Origin: Macrostomum hystrix
Taxonomy: Eukaryota; Animalia; Platyhelminthes
Assembly: GCA_950097015.1 (NCBI GenBank)
Contig: CATNEN010000029.1
Coordinates: 2,914,001 to 2,978,000 of the forward strand
Direction: 5' to 3'
DNA: 64,000 nt
Part shown: piece by piece, positions 1 to 10,377 of the stretch
Position numbering within the stretch: the first letter of the stretch is position 1
Layout of the letters: each line of letters opens with the position of its first letter
Translations under genes and position numbers: made by a program
The notes under the pieces: generated by a model
The model's database searches: none
The model's input: the letters and a program-made list of their open reading frames with translations, nothing else
What the model was told of the DNA's origin: nothing

Positions 1-1005
1 GGGCACAATGGAGGAGAAGATCTACAGCCGCCAGGTCAATAAACAGTCCCTGGGATTTCGCGTGATTGACGAGCACCAGATCAATCGGCACTTCACCGCC
101 GCTGATTTAGTACAGCTGTACACCCTGTCCGTGGACCGATTCGATCCCCTTAGCGATGCGCGCAAAAAATTCGACCTGCCCGTGGACGACGTGCTTGCAG
201 GTGAGATCCTGAGATCGAATTCGCTTTCTAATTCCTTTCATCCGATATGTATCGAAAAAACTTTCGCACTCCCGCAGACCTACTAGCCAAGGAAGCCCGC
301 TGGATATCCAGCTACCATCTGCACGACTCCCTGCTGGAGAACATCGAGAGCGAACTGCTCACCGACGAGGAGCGCCAGCAGGCCTGGCGTGAGTACGAAG
401 AGGAGAAGACGGCCAGGCCAAGGATCAAGCAGCTACAGCAGCAGCAGCAGCAATTAGAGCAGCTCAGCCTTACGGCCATAGCAGTAGAAAACGGTGACAA
501 CAGCGGCAGCAGCAGCGGTGTCAACAATGGCAGCTCTAATGCTCGCATGCCCTACAAGATAGTGAGCTGTCCGACAAAGCCACCGACCGCTACGCTTGGA
601 CACAGCGCCAGCGCTGTCAATCTGCTTGGCGCTGCGACCAGCGCGCGACCGACCTCTGCTGCAGCCTCCATGCCCAGAGTGGCCAGCTCGGTTGCTGTAC
701 TGCAACAGCAGAAGCCGGCCCCAAGCACTGAGGAGCAGCAGCAGCAGCAGCAGCAGCTAGAGCAGTTCAGACAGCTGAGGCACCAGTATCCGCTGCAGTA
801 TTTCAATATCCGCAGCCAGGTGCTAAGCCAACGCCCGGACTTGAAGGATAAGCCGGCCGACCTGAACCGGCTGGCCTGTACCTACCTATTGGACTGGCTG
901 CGCAGCCAGCAGGAACAACAGGAGCAGCGCCGGCATGAGAGGCAGCAGCAGCGGCAGCAGCAACAGCAGAAGGCTAGTGAACCCATCACAATTGACGATG
1001 ACTAG
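1..1005 (+). CDS. ATRX: 3' end of ATRX/XNP-type SNF2 chromatin remodeller; exons <1..200 and 278..1005, with a Gln-rich tail
   Basis: TMEEKIYSRQVNKQSLGFRVIDEHQINRHFT and YHLHDSLLENIESELLTDEERQQAWREYEEEK match the ATRX C-terminus. A GT-AG intron at 201..277 joins the two ORFs in frame (phase 1). Stop TAG at 1003-1005. Confidence 0.9.
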
Positions 1006-1871
1006 TGAGAGCAAATTCATAGCTCATTGTTTTGCTTCTCCAGGTAAAAAAAAATATTTCTAATGCGCTACTCTTAGCAGCATATATTGTGTTTTTATAC
1101 TGAGCTCTATATGCGAGCGTATGCTTCGCTATTCCGATTGCTCCCAGAGCAAACAGCTTTACTTGTTGCAATGTTTTCTGCATTCAATGTATAGTTTCTC
1201 ATTTATTCTAATATCGTTATTATGGAAACTAATTAGTCTGGCTATTTAATATTGTTCGTAGCCCTGTTCCACTTTGTTAATATCTCTTCTTTCATTGGCT
1301 CAGGATTTCTTTGTGTTGCGTACTGTACTCGATTTATTCATAGTTTTTTCCTATTCGCTAATATAATAGAACAGTAAATAACTATTATTCCTCCGAAGGA
1401 GTAGTTCCGCTTTCCGCTAAACTGTTGCTTACTGCTTAGTCAGACCTAAAGTCCATATAATTGACTACGGTTAGTGTATTATGATTTATGAATGTTTTCA
1501 TTAATGCGTGCTGTAAACCAGTTTTCAATAGAAATGCCAAAACTAAACGTAAAACATATTGTGTTATCATAAACAATGGGCTACGTCAAGTAGAATAGTT
1601 ATGTTATTATTATTTACGTGTTTTATTATATTTACTAGCTGTTTTTGCCCGTTGTTTTTGGGGCAGAAATTTAAAGCAAAGCAGTAAGCAATTCACGTCT
1701 CTGTATTAACTTTATAGTGAAGGTCACCATTTATTTATTTACTGCATTAATGAAAAGTGAAGAGTTTGTTTAAGGGCGTTTTAAGTAAAAAATAAGTGAA
1801 AAGTTTGTCCAAACAGCCCCCTCTTGATTACTTCTTTAGAAACATGTCTCTTAGCCACTCCTCTATACAGT

Positions 1872-2174
1872 CAGTGGCAGATCCAGGAATTTTGTTTTGG
1901 GGCGGTCTGTCAGGGGAGCGCCATGAGAATCACAGAGGGGCCGAAAAAGGGCGCCAGGAGCCAAGAAAGGGCGCCAGGAGCCAAGAAAGGGCGCCAGGAG
2001 CCAAAGAAAGGGCGCCAGCAGCTGAAAAACGGGAGCCAGCGGCTGAAAAAGGGGCGCCAGCGGCCGAAAAGGGGCGCCAGTGCTGCGACTGGCGCCCCTG
2101 GTGGGGGCATCTTATTCCCATGATTTAAATTTAGGGGGGCGACTGCCCCCCCGCCCCCCCTAAATCTGCCTCTG
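1872..2174. mobile_element. 303-bp hAT-type MITE inside Helitron unit 1; left-deleted copy about 4142..4350, interrupted copy 6357..7894
   Basis: TIRs CAGTGGCAGAT / ATCTGCCTCTG; perfect 8-bp TSD TATACAGT (1864-1871 and 2175-2182); internal 20-bp GGGCGCCAG repeats. Confidence 0.85.
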
Positions 2175-2326
2175 TATACAGTATGCATGTACACGCGTAT
2201 ACATAAGGAAAATAGCCATGGCATAACAATAACAATGTCAAAGAAACAAAATTAAACTGTTTCAGAGTTCAGAGTTAGACAGGTCAAGGTCAATTCGTGA
2301 CTACTTTTCTATTAATTGCTTGCGAG

Positions 2327-3290
2327 TCACCTCAAGGCCTGGGGATACACCACATTCTTCGTTCTTCCCCTTGGTGCGAAAATGAATAGGCCAGCTGGAG
2401 TTTCAACACGGGAGCAGGCGACATAAAGCTGCCCATGCGAGAAGCAAGGAGTCTCCAGGTTGATGCCAGCCACCTTCAGCGACTGTCCCTGAGCCTTGTT
2501 AATAGTCATCGCAAAGCACACTCTCACAGGGAACTGCAGTCGCTTGAACTGAAATGGCAGGTCCGTGGGGATAATTGGAATCTGGGGAACGAACACAGAC
2601 TCTCCTCTGCCAGATCCAGTCATTATCGTGGCCTCAATCACGTGTGGGAAGAGCCGCCTGACTATCAGTCTGGTGCCGTTACACAGCCTTGGCGCATTCA
2701 GGTTGCGGAGGAGCATAATTGGTGCCCCAACTTTCAGCTGCAAGTTGTGCGATGGAGTTCCAGGAGGATCTAGAGAGTTCAGAAACTCAACAGGATACTC
2801 CACAGCGGTGTCATCAGTCAACGTTGTATCAATTGACTTGTAGGGGAAAACTGCACCTGGCAACTCCTGAAGCAGTTGGTAGTTAATTTCGTTGGCGGCA
2901 TCATTTCTAGGACACAGAATTGCCCTCTCTGACAGCCAGTCAACGTCAGCATATCGAACCATCAGGTTCGGGTAAACTTTTGCCTTGAGCTCCTGCACTG
3001 ACTGCACAATGTTTCCGATTGTAGCGATCGATGACTGCCCATCCTCGGTGCTAATCTTCAGCAGACCATTGCCGATTCGCAATAGATTGGCAGAGAACTC
3101 ATGAATCATGAGCTGTTTCGTCTCCTTGAATTGTAGCTCCCATGTTTGTTCGTAGGTGCAACTTCACAACCGATGGCCACAGGTGAGATGATTTTAGGCA
3201 AGCATTAATCTCATCAGCAGGAGTGCCACGCGGAATCACAGGCAGCGTCTGTCTAAAGTCTCCAGACAGCAGCAGAGTGACACCACCCAT
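2327..3290 (-). pseudogene. Helitron PIF1 helicase C-terminal fragment, unit 1, frameshifted near 3105-3112
   Basis: GDFRQTLPV (ORF 3099..3383) and the later motifs (ORF 2327..3109) are in different frames; the same region is continuous in unit 2. Confidence 0.8.
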
Positions 3291-4502
3291 CAGTTGATCG
3301 CCAGCCTCTCTCTTTCTTCTATCCCAGGCTGGCTGGAGAGAAATATAGACCGGAGAGCCCTGCGCACTGGGACGCCACCGCACTCAGTCTCAGTGCTGCT
3401 TGGGGGCCAGTAGACAGTCTAGGGGTTTGGGCTGTGTACATTCACGGCTTGAAATACAATGTAGAGTCTGGGGCTTCGGCGCCCGGGGAAGGGAGGGGGT
3501 GGCTGTAATAAAATTTGGCCCGCAGAGTGGCGGAGGGGAGTTGGGGTGGCTGTCCTCGGAACACAAAAAGTGACTCACTTTGAGATAATGCAGCTTTGCT
3601 CTGGATTGAGTAGAGATGTTCAAAATTGACAGCATTGTTGGAAAACATGTAAAGTGTAAGTGGATCAAATTTGGAGAAAATCTGACAAAGTGGGGCGACG
3701 ATATGTCGAATTGAGTGATTTTTTGACGATTTTTGAGCAGTTTTTTGCACTTTTGAGCAGGAAGGAAATGATTTTTCGGGAATTTGAGTAGCCTATTGCA
3801 CTCAGCGTAGGTGGTTTTAGGTATGTGCAAAGTTTGGTGCGATTTGGTTGAGCGGTTTCGGCGTCTATAAAGACAAAAGGTTGCACACACACAGACAGAC
3901 AGACAGACAGAGTTTTCACTTTTATATGTATAGACTAGCTTTTTTTGCCCGTTGTTTTTGGGGCAGAAATTTAAAGCAAAGCAGTAAGCAATTCACGTCT
4001 CTGTATTAACTTTATAGTGAAGGTCACCATTTATTTATTTACTGCATTAATGAAAAGTGAAGAGTTTGTTTAAGGGCGTTTTAAGTAAAAAATAAGTGAA
4101 AAGTTTGTCCAAAAAGCCCCCTCTTGATTACTTCTTTAGAAGTTCGGCCAGCGGCCGAAAAAGGGCGCCAGGAGCCAAGAAAGGGCGCCAGCGGCTGAAA
4201 AACGGGAGCCAGCGGCTGAAAAAGGGGCGCCAGCGGCCGAAAAGGGGCGCCAGTGCTGCGACTGGCGCCCCTGGTGGGGGCATCTTATTCCCATGATTAA
4301 AATTTAGGGGGGGCGACTGCCCCCCCGCCCCCCCCCTAAATCTGCCTCTGTATACAGTATGCATGTACACGCGTATACATAAGGAAAATAGCCATGGCAT
4401 AACAATAACAATGTCAAAGAAACAAAATTAAACTGTTTCAGAGTTCAGAGTTAGACAGGTCAAGGTCAATTCGTGACTACTTTTCTATTAATTGCTTGCG
4501 AG

Positions 4503-5543
4503 TCACCTCAAGGCCTGGGGATACACCACATTCTTCGTTCTTCCCCTTGGTGCGAAAATGAATAGGCCAGCTGGAGTTTCAACACGGGAGCAGGCGACAT
4601 AAAGCTGCCCATGCGAGAAGCAAGGAGTCTCCAGGTTGATGCCAGCCACCTTCAGCGACTGTCCCTGAGCCTTGTTAATAGTCATCGCAAAGCACACTCT
4701 CACAGGGAACTGCAGTCGCTTGAACTGAAATGGCAGGTCCGTGGGGATAATTGGAATCTGGGGAACGAACACAGACTCTCCTCTGCCAGATCCAGTCATT
4801 ATCGTGGCCTCAATCACGTGTGGGAAGAGCCGCCTGACTATCAGTATGGTGCCGTTACACAGCCTTGGCGCATTCAGGTTGCGGAGGAGCATAATTGGTG
4901 CCCCAACTTTCAGCTGCAAGTTGTGCGATGGAGTTCCAGGAGGATCTAGAGAGTTCAGAAACTCAACAGGATACTCCACAGCGGTGTCATCAGTCAACGT
5001 TGTATCAATTGACTTGTAGGTGAAAACTGCACCTGGCAACTCCTGAAGCAGTTGGTAGTTAATTTCGTTGGCGGCATCATTTCTAGGACACAGAATTGCC
5101 CTCTCTGACAGCCAGTCAACGTCAGCATATCGAACCATCAGGTTCGGGTAAACTTTTGCCTTGAGCTCCTGCACTGACTGCACAATGGTTCCGATTGTAG
5201 CGATCGATGACTGCCCATCCTCGGTGCTAATCTCCAGCAGACCATTGCCGATTCGCAATAGATTGGCAGAGAACTCATGAGCTGTTTCGTCTCCTTGAAT
5301 TGTAGCTCTCATGTTTGTTCGTAGGTGCAACTTCACAACCGATGGCCACAGGTGAGATGATTTTAGGCAAGCATTAATCTCATCAGCAGGAGTGCCACGC
5401 GGAATCACAGGCAGCGTCTGTCTAAAGTCTCCAGACAGCAGCAGAGTGACACCACCCATCAGTTGATCGCCAGCCTCTCTCTTTCTTCTATCCCAGGCTG
5501 GCTGGAGAGAAATATCGCCCTGCGCACTGGGACGCCACCGCAC
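4503..5543 (-). CDS. Helitron PIF1-family helicase C-terminal half, uninterrupted ORF in unit 2; lacks Rep and Walker A/B
   Basis: SGDFRQTLPVIP, ERAILCPRN, LKVGAPIMLLRNLN-PRLCNGT, RLQFPVRVCFAMTINKAQGQSL and FSHGQLYVACSRV are the canonical Helitron/PIF1 motifs. Confidence 0.8.
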   Translation of the reverse strand: MRWRPSAQGDISLQPAWDRRKREAGDQLMGGVTLLLSGDFRQTLPVIPRGTPADEINACLKSSHLWPSVVKLHLRTNMRATIQGDETAHEFSANLLRIGNGLLEISTEDGQSSIATIGTIVQSVQELKAKVYPNLMVRYADVDWLSERAILCPRNDAANEINYQLLQELPGAVFTYKSIDTTLTDDTAVEYPVEFLNSLDPPGTPSHNLQLKVGAPIMLLRNLNAPRLCNGTILIVRRLFPHVIEATIMTGSGRGESVFVPQIPIIPTDLPFQFKRLQFPVRVCFAMTINKAQGQSLKVAGINLETPCFSHGQLYVACSRVETPAGLFIFAPRGRTKNVVYPQALR

Positions 5544-6597
5544 TCACCGCACTCAGTCTCAGTGCTGCTTGGGGGCCAGTAGACAGTCTAGGGGTTTGGG
5601 CTGTGTACATTCACGGCTTGAAATACAATGTACAGTCTGGGGCTTCGGCGCCCGGGGAAGGGAGGGGGTGGCTGTAATAAAATTTGGCCCGCAGAGTGGC
5701 GGAGGGGAGTTGGGGTGGCTGTCCTCGGAAAACAAAAAGTGACTCACTTTGAGATGATGCAGCTTTGCTCTGGATTGAGTAGAGATGTTCAAAATTGACA
5801 GCATTGTTGGAAAACATGTAAAGTGTAAGTGGATCAAATTTGGAGAAAATCTGACAAAGTGGGGCGACGATATGTCGAATTGAGTGATTTTTTGACGATT
5901 TTTGAGCAGTTTTTTGCACTTTTGAGCAGGAAGGAAATGATTTTTCGGGAATTTGAGTAGCCTATTGCACTCAGCGTAGGTGGTTTTAGGTATGTGCAAA
6001 GTTTGGTGCGATTTGGTTGAGCGGTTTCGGCGTCTATAAAGACAAAAGGTTGCACACACACAGACAGACACACACACACACAGACAGAGTTTTCACTTTT
6101 ATATATATAGACTAGCTTTTTTTTGCCCGTTGTTTTTGGGGCAGAAATTTAAAGCAAAGCAGTAAGCAATTCACGTCTCTGTATTAACTTTATAGTGAAG
6201 GTCACCATTTATTTAAGTGAATTTATTTAAGTGAAATGAAAAGTGAAGAGTTTGTTTAAGGGCGTTTTAAGTAAAAAATAAGTGAAAAGTTTGTCCAAAC
6301 AGCCCCTCTTGATTACTTCTTTAGAAACATGTCTCTTAGCCACTCCTCTATACAGTCAGTGGCAGATCCAGGAATTTTGTTTTGGGGCGGTCTGTCAGGG
6401 GAGCGCCATGAGAATCACAGAGGGGGTGCCAGCGGCCGAAAAAGGGCGCCAGGAGCCAAGAAAGGGCGCCAGCGGCTGAAAAACGGGAGCCAGCGGCTGA
6501 AAAAGGGGCGCCAGCGGCCGAAAAGGGGCGCCAGTGCTGCGACTGGCGCCCCTGGTGGGGGCATCTTATTACCATGATTAAAATTTAGGGGGGCGAC

Positions 6598-7855
6598 TAG
6601 GGATGCCAACCGGTTTTAAAACCGGTTTAAAAAAACCGGTTTTTAGCAGGAAAACCGGTTCTAAAAAAACCGTTTTTTTTGTCCGGTTTTTTGACGGTTT
6701 TTAATGGGTTTTTTATTTTAATTATGTCTCACAGAGTCACAATTTTTGCACTTTGGAGAAAAAATAACTGGCAACAAAAGTCCTCAACTGCAACTGCAAG
6801 TATGCTCAACTCTGGAGAGTCGCATTGGCCGTGAACTGGAGTTCCTTCGCATTGCGCATCAGCGGGGAACACTGCTGACACAGCTTTTTGATAAGCTTCT
6901 ACTAATTCCGCCAACAAGTGTTGAAGCCGAGCGGTCATTTTCTGCTAGTGGTCTTTTTCTATCAAAGGTCAGGTCCCGCGGTTGTCAGACAGGACACTGT
7001 CCCGGCTGATTATGCTTCGTCACTATTTTTTGAAGTGATTTTTCTGAATTTAGTAAAGAGTAAAGACTATATTTATGCAGTGTTGGGCATTGTTAGTAGA
7101 TTTTTCTAACTTCGTTAAGTTAACAAGCGTTAACAAAAAACTTTAACTTTAACTTCAACTTTAGTTAACTTTAAAAAAAATAAATTTAACTTCGTTAATA
7201 AAAGTTAAAAGTTAAATTTACTCAAATTTTGTCCTGAATATATTAAGCTGCACCATAGTACCCGTATTTTCCATTTGCCCTTTCATACTGGTTCTGATTC
7301 CTGAATTGGAATAACTCTGCTTCTGGAGCTTATCGTGAACTTTCTCGTGAAAAGGCTCATAGTCATTGACTCGTTATGTAAAAAATTAACCCGGAAGCAA
7401 AAAAAGCTTCCTAGATTTGTAAATGTCTCATAAATATGTTAACGGACCAAGCCAATTGTTAAATTGAAAAAGGGTACCGAAAATTCGTTAAAAAGTTAAC
7501 CCGAAAAAAATTAACTTAGGTCCATTAACTTTTAAGAAAAAACTTAACGCTTATTAACGCTTATTAACTTTTTAACGCTTTTTAACGGACCATTATTTAG
7601 ACCGAATTAGAATTCGCTAATTCTGTTGCGCCCAAATTTTGGCAGCCATTATTGTACAATTTTATTTGTCATTAATAAATAAGTGAAATCGAAGTTTATT
7701 TTCTGTTAAAATTAGTAATATCTGTGTATCTATCTATCTTCTATGCGTATTTAGTGCTTTTTTAAAAACTTGGCACACAAACCGGTTTTCTTATAAAAGG
7801 CGGTTTTCAAACCGGTTAACCGGTTTTCAAAAAGGGCCGGTTTTTGGCATCTCTA
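6598..7855 (+). mobile_element. 1258-bp non-autonomous hAT element nested in the MITE of unit 3, with a transposase dimerisation-domain remnant
   Basis: TIRs TAGGGATGCCAA / TTGGCATCTCTA; perfect 8-bp TSD GGGGCGAC (6590-6597 and 7856-7863); subterminal ACCGGTTTT repeats; LLIPPTSVEAERSFSASG in ORF 6746..7009. Confidence 0.9.
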
Positions 7856-8046
7856 GGGGCGACTGCCCCCCCGCCCCCCCTAAATCTGCCTCTGTATACA
7901 GTATGCATGTACACGCGTATACATAAGGAAAATAGCCATGGCATAACAATAACAATGTCAAAGAAACAAAATTAAACTGTTTCAGAGTTCAGAGTTAGAC
8001 AGGTCAAGGTCAATTCGTGACTACTTTTCTATTAATTGCTTGCGAG

Positions 8047-9010
8047 TCACCTCAAGGCCTGGGGATACACCATATTCCTCGTTCTTCCCCTTGGTGCGAA
8101 AATGAATAGGCCAGCTGGAGTTCCAACACGGGAGCAGGCGACATAAAGCTGCCCATGCGAGAAGCAAGGAGTCTCCAGGTTGATGCCAGCCACCTTCAGC
8201 GACTGTCCCTGAGCCTTGTTAATAGTCATCGCAAAGCACACTCTCACAGGGAACTGCAGTCGCTTGAACTGAAATGGCAGGTCCGTGGGGATAATTGGAA
8301 TCCGGGAACGAACACAGACTCTCCTCTGCCAGATCCAGTCATTATCGTGGCCTCAATCACGTGTGGGAAGAGCCGCCTGACTATCAGTCTGGTGCCGTTA
8401 CACAGCCTTGGCGCATTCAGGTTGCGGAGGAGCATAATTGGTGCCCCAACTTTCAGCTGCAAGTTGTGCGATGGAGTTCCAGGAGGATCTAGAGAGTTCA
8501 GAAACTCAACAGGATACTCCACAGCGGTGTCATCAGTCAACGTTGTATCAATTGACTTGTAGGTGAAAACTGCACCTGGCAACTCCTGAAGCAGTTGGTA
8601 GTTAATTTCGTTGGCGGCATCATTTCTAGGACACAGAATTGCCCTCTCTGACAGCCAGTCAACGTCAGCATATCGAACCATTAGGTTCGGGTAAACTTTT
8701 GCCTTGAGCTCCTGCACTGACTGCACAATGGTTCCGATTGTAGCGATCGATGACTGCCCATCCTCGGTGCTAATCTCCAGCAGACCATTGCCGATTCGCA
8801 ATAGATTGGCAGAGAACTCATGAGCTGTTTCGTCTCCTTGAATTGTAGCTCTCATGTTTTGTTCGTAGGTGCAACTTCACAACCGATGGCCACAGGTGAG
8901 ATGATTTTAGGCAAGCATTAATCTCATCAGCAGGAGTGCCACGCGGAATCACAGGCAGCGTCTGTCTAAAGTCTCCAGACAGCAGCAGAGTGACACCACC
9001 CATCAGTTGA
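8047..9010 (-). pseudogene. Helitron PIF1 helicase fragment, unit 3, two frameshifts
   Basis: The same motifs are split over ORFs 8818..9096, 8244..8855 and 8047..8247. Confidence 0.8.
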
Positions 9011-10377
9011 TCGCCAGCCTCTCTCTTTCTTCTATCCCAGGCTGGCTGGAGAGAAATATCGACCGGAGAGCCCTGCGCACTGGGACGCCACCGCACTCAC
9101 CGCACTCAGTCTCAGTGCTGCTTGGGGGCCAGTAGACAGTCTAGGGGTTTGGGCTGTGTACATTCACGGCTTGAAATGCAATGTACAGTCTGGGGCTTCG
9201 GCGCCCGGGGAAGGGAGGGGGTGGCTGTAATAAAATTTGGCCCGCAGAGTGGCGTTGAGGGGAGTGAGGGGAGGGGAGTGAGGGAAGTGAGGGGAGTTGG
9301 GGTGGCTGTCCTCGGAAAACAAAAAGTGACTCACTTTGAGATGATGCAGCTTTGCTCTGGATTGAGTAGAGATGTTCAAAATTGACAGCATTGTTGGAAA
9401 ACATGTAAAGTGTAAGTGAATCAAATTTGGAGAAAATCTGACAAAGTGGGGCGACGATATGTCGAATTGAGTGATTTTTTGACGATTTTTGAGCAGTTTT
9501 TTGCACTTTTGAGCAGGAAGGAAATGATTTTTCGGGAATTTGAGTAGCCTATTGCACTCAGCGTAGGTGGTTTTAGGTATGTGCAAAGTTTGGTGCGATT
9601 TGGTTGAGCGGTTTCGGCGTCTATAAAGACAAAAGGTTGCACACACACAGACAGACAGACAGACAGAGTTTTCACTTTTATATATATAGATGTTTGGCCA
9701 GTCAACGACTGTTCTATTTTTAGTATCATATTTTCATAATCATTCATTTTCATCAGAACGCAAGGCAAAGCCATAACACTTTTGCCCTTTTGGCCAATAA
9801 GAGAAGTAGCGAAAATTCCTTTGTCCGAATTACACTTATATTTGGAGTAAAAAGTATAGATAAATGATTATAATGTTACTTTCACACATATGTATGCAAT
9901 TGGAGGGAAGAACATTTGGAGGGTTCCGCTTGTATGAAATATGATTTCCAACCCACGAGATTTGCATACTGATTGAGTATCACGTTGAGTATAACATACT
10001 GCAGTAATGAGAGACAAGTCCCCTAGCCGCTTATTAAAATTTTGAAACAGCAAACTACAAGTGTAAAGTAAAAATACACTGACTTTTTATGTACTAACCT
10101 GGCAAATAATTGTTTCTACTATGAAATCACTAAAACACATTTACCACACACAAAATTAATCAAAAATGGCATTGTTTTTATCAAAAAAACCGGATTATTC
10201 TATAAAAAAACCTCAGCGATACCTTCGACAGTAATAAGTGGATGCATTTTAGCATAACAAAAAAAAATTGATGTTAATTCGGATTGCTAATCTAGTCAAG
10301 TAAAAGAAGATTTGGTTAGATTAGCAATCCGTCGCATGTCTGCTCCGCCATTGCAAATAACATAGTCTATGGCCGGA

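Larger units (their letters stand above)
1635..9690 (-). mobile_element. Tandem array of three non-autonomous Helitron units: 1635..3934, 3935..6111, 6112..9690
   Basis: On the minus strand each unit starts TCTATA.., ends in a short TGCCC..GGGCA hairpin plus CTAG, and carries a PIF1-like helicase fragment. The array sits between A (9691) and T (1634). Internal junctions are CTAG|TC with no spacer. Confidence 0.9.

Noticed and set aside
3390-3890. 166-172-aa ORF repeated in each Helitron unit
   Set aside because: No recognisable domain, non-ATG start in a microsatellite; conservation just reflects unit identity.
7078-7590. Further nested element beginning CAGTGTTGGG with TTAAC-rich repeats inside the hAT element
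   Set aside because: No matching right TIR or TSD found.
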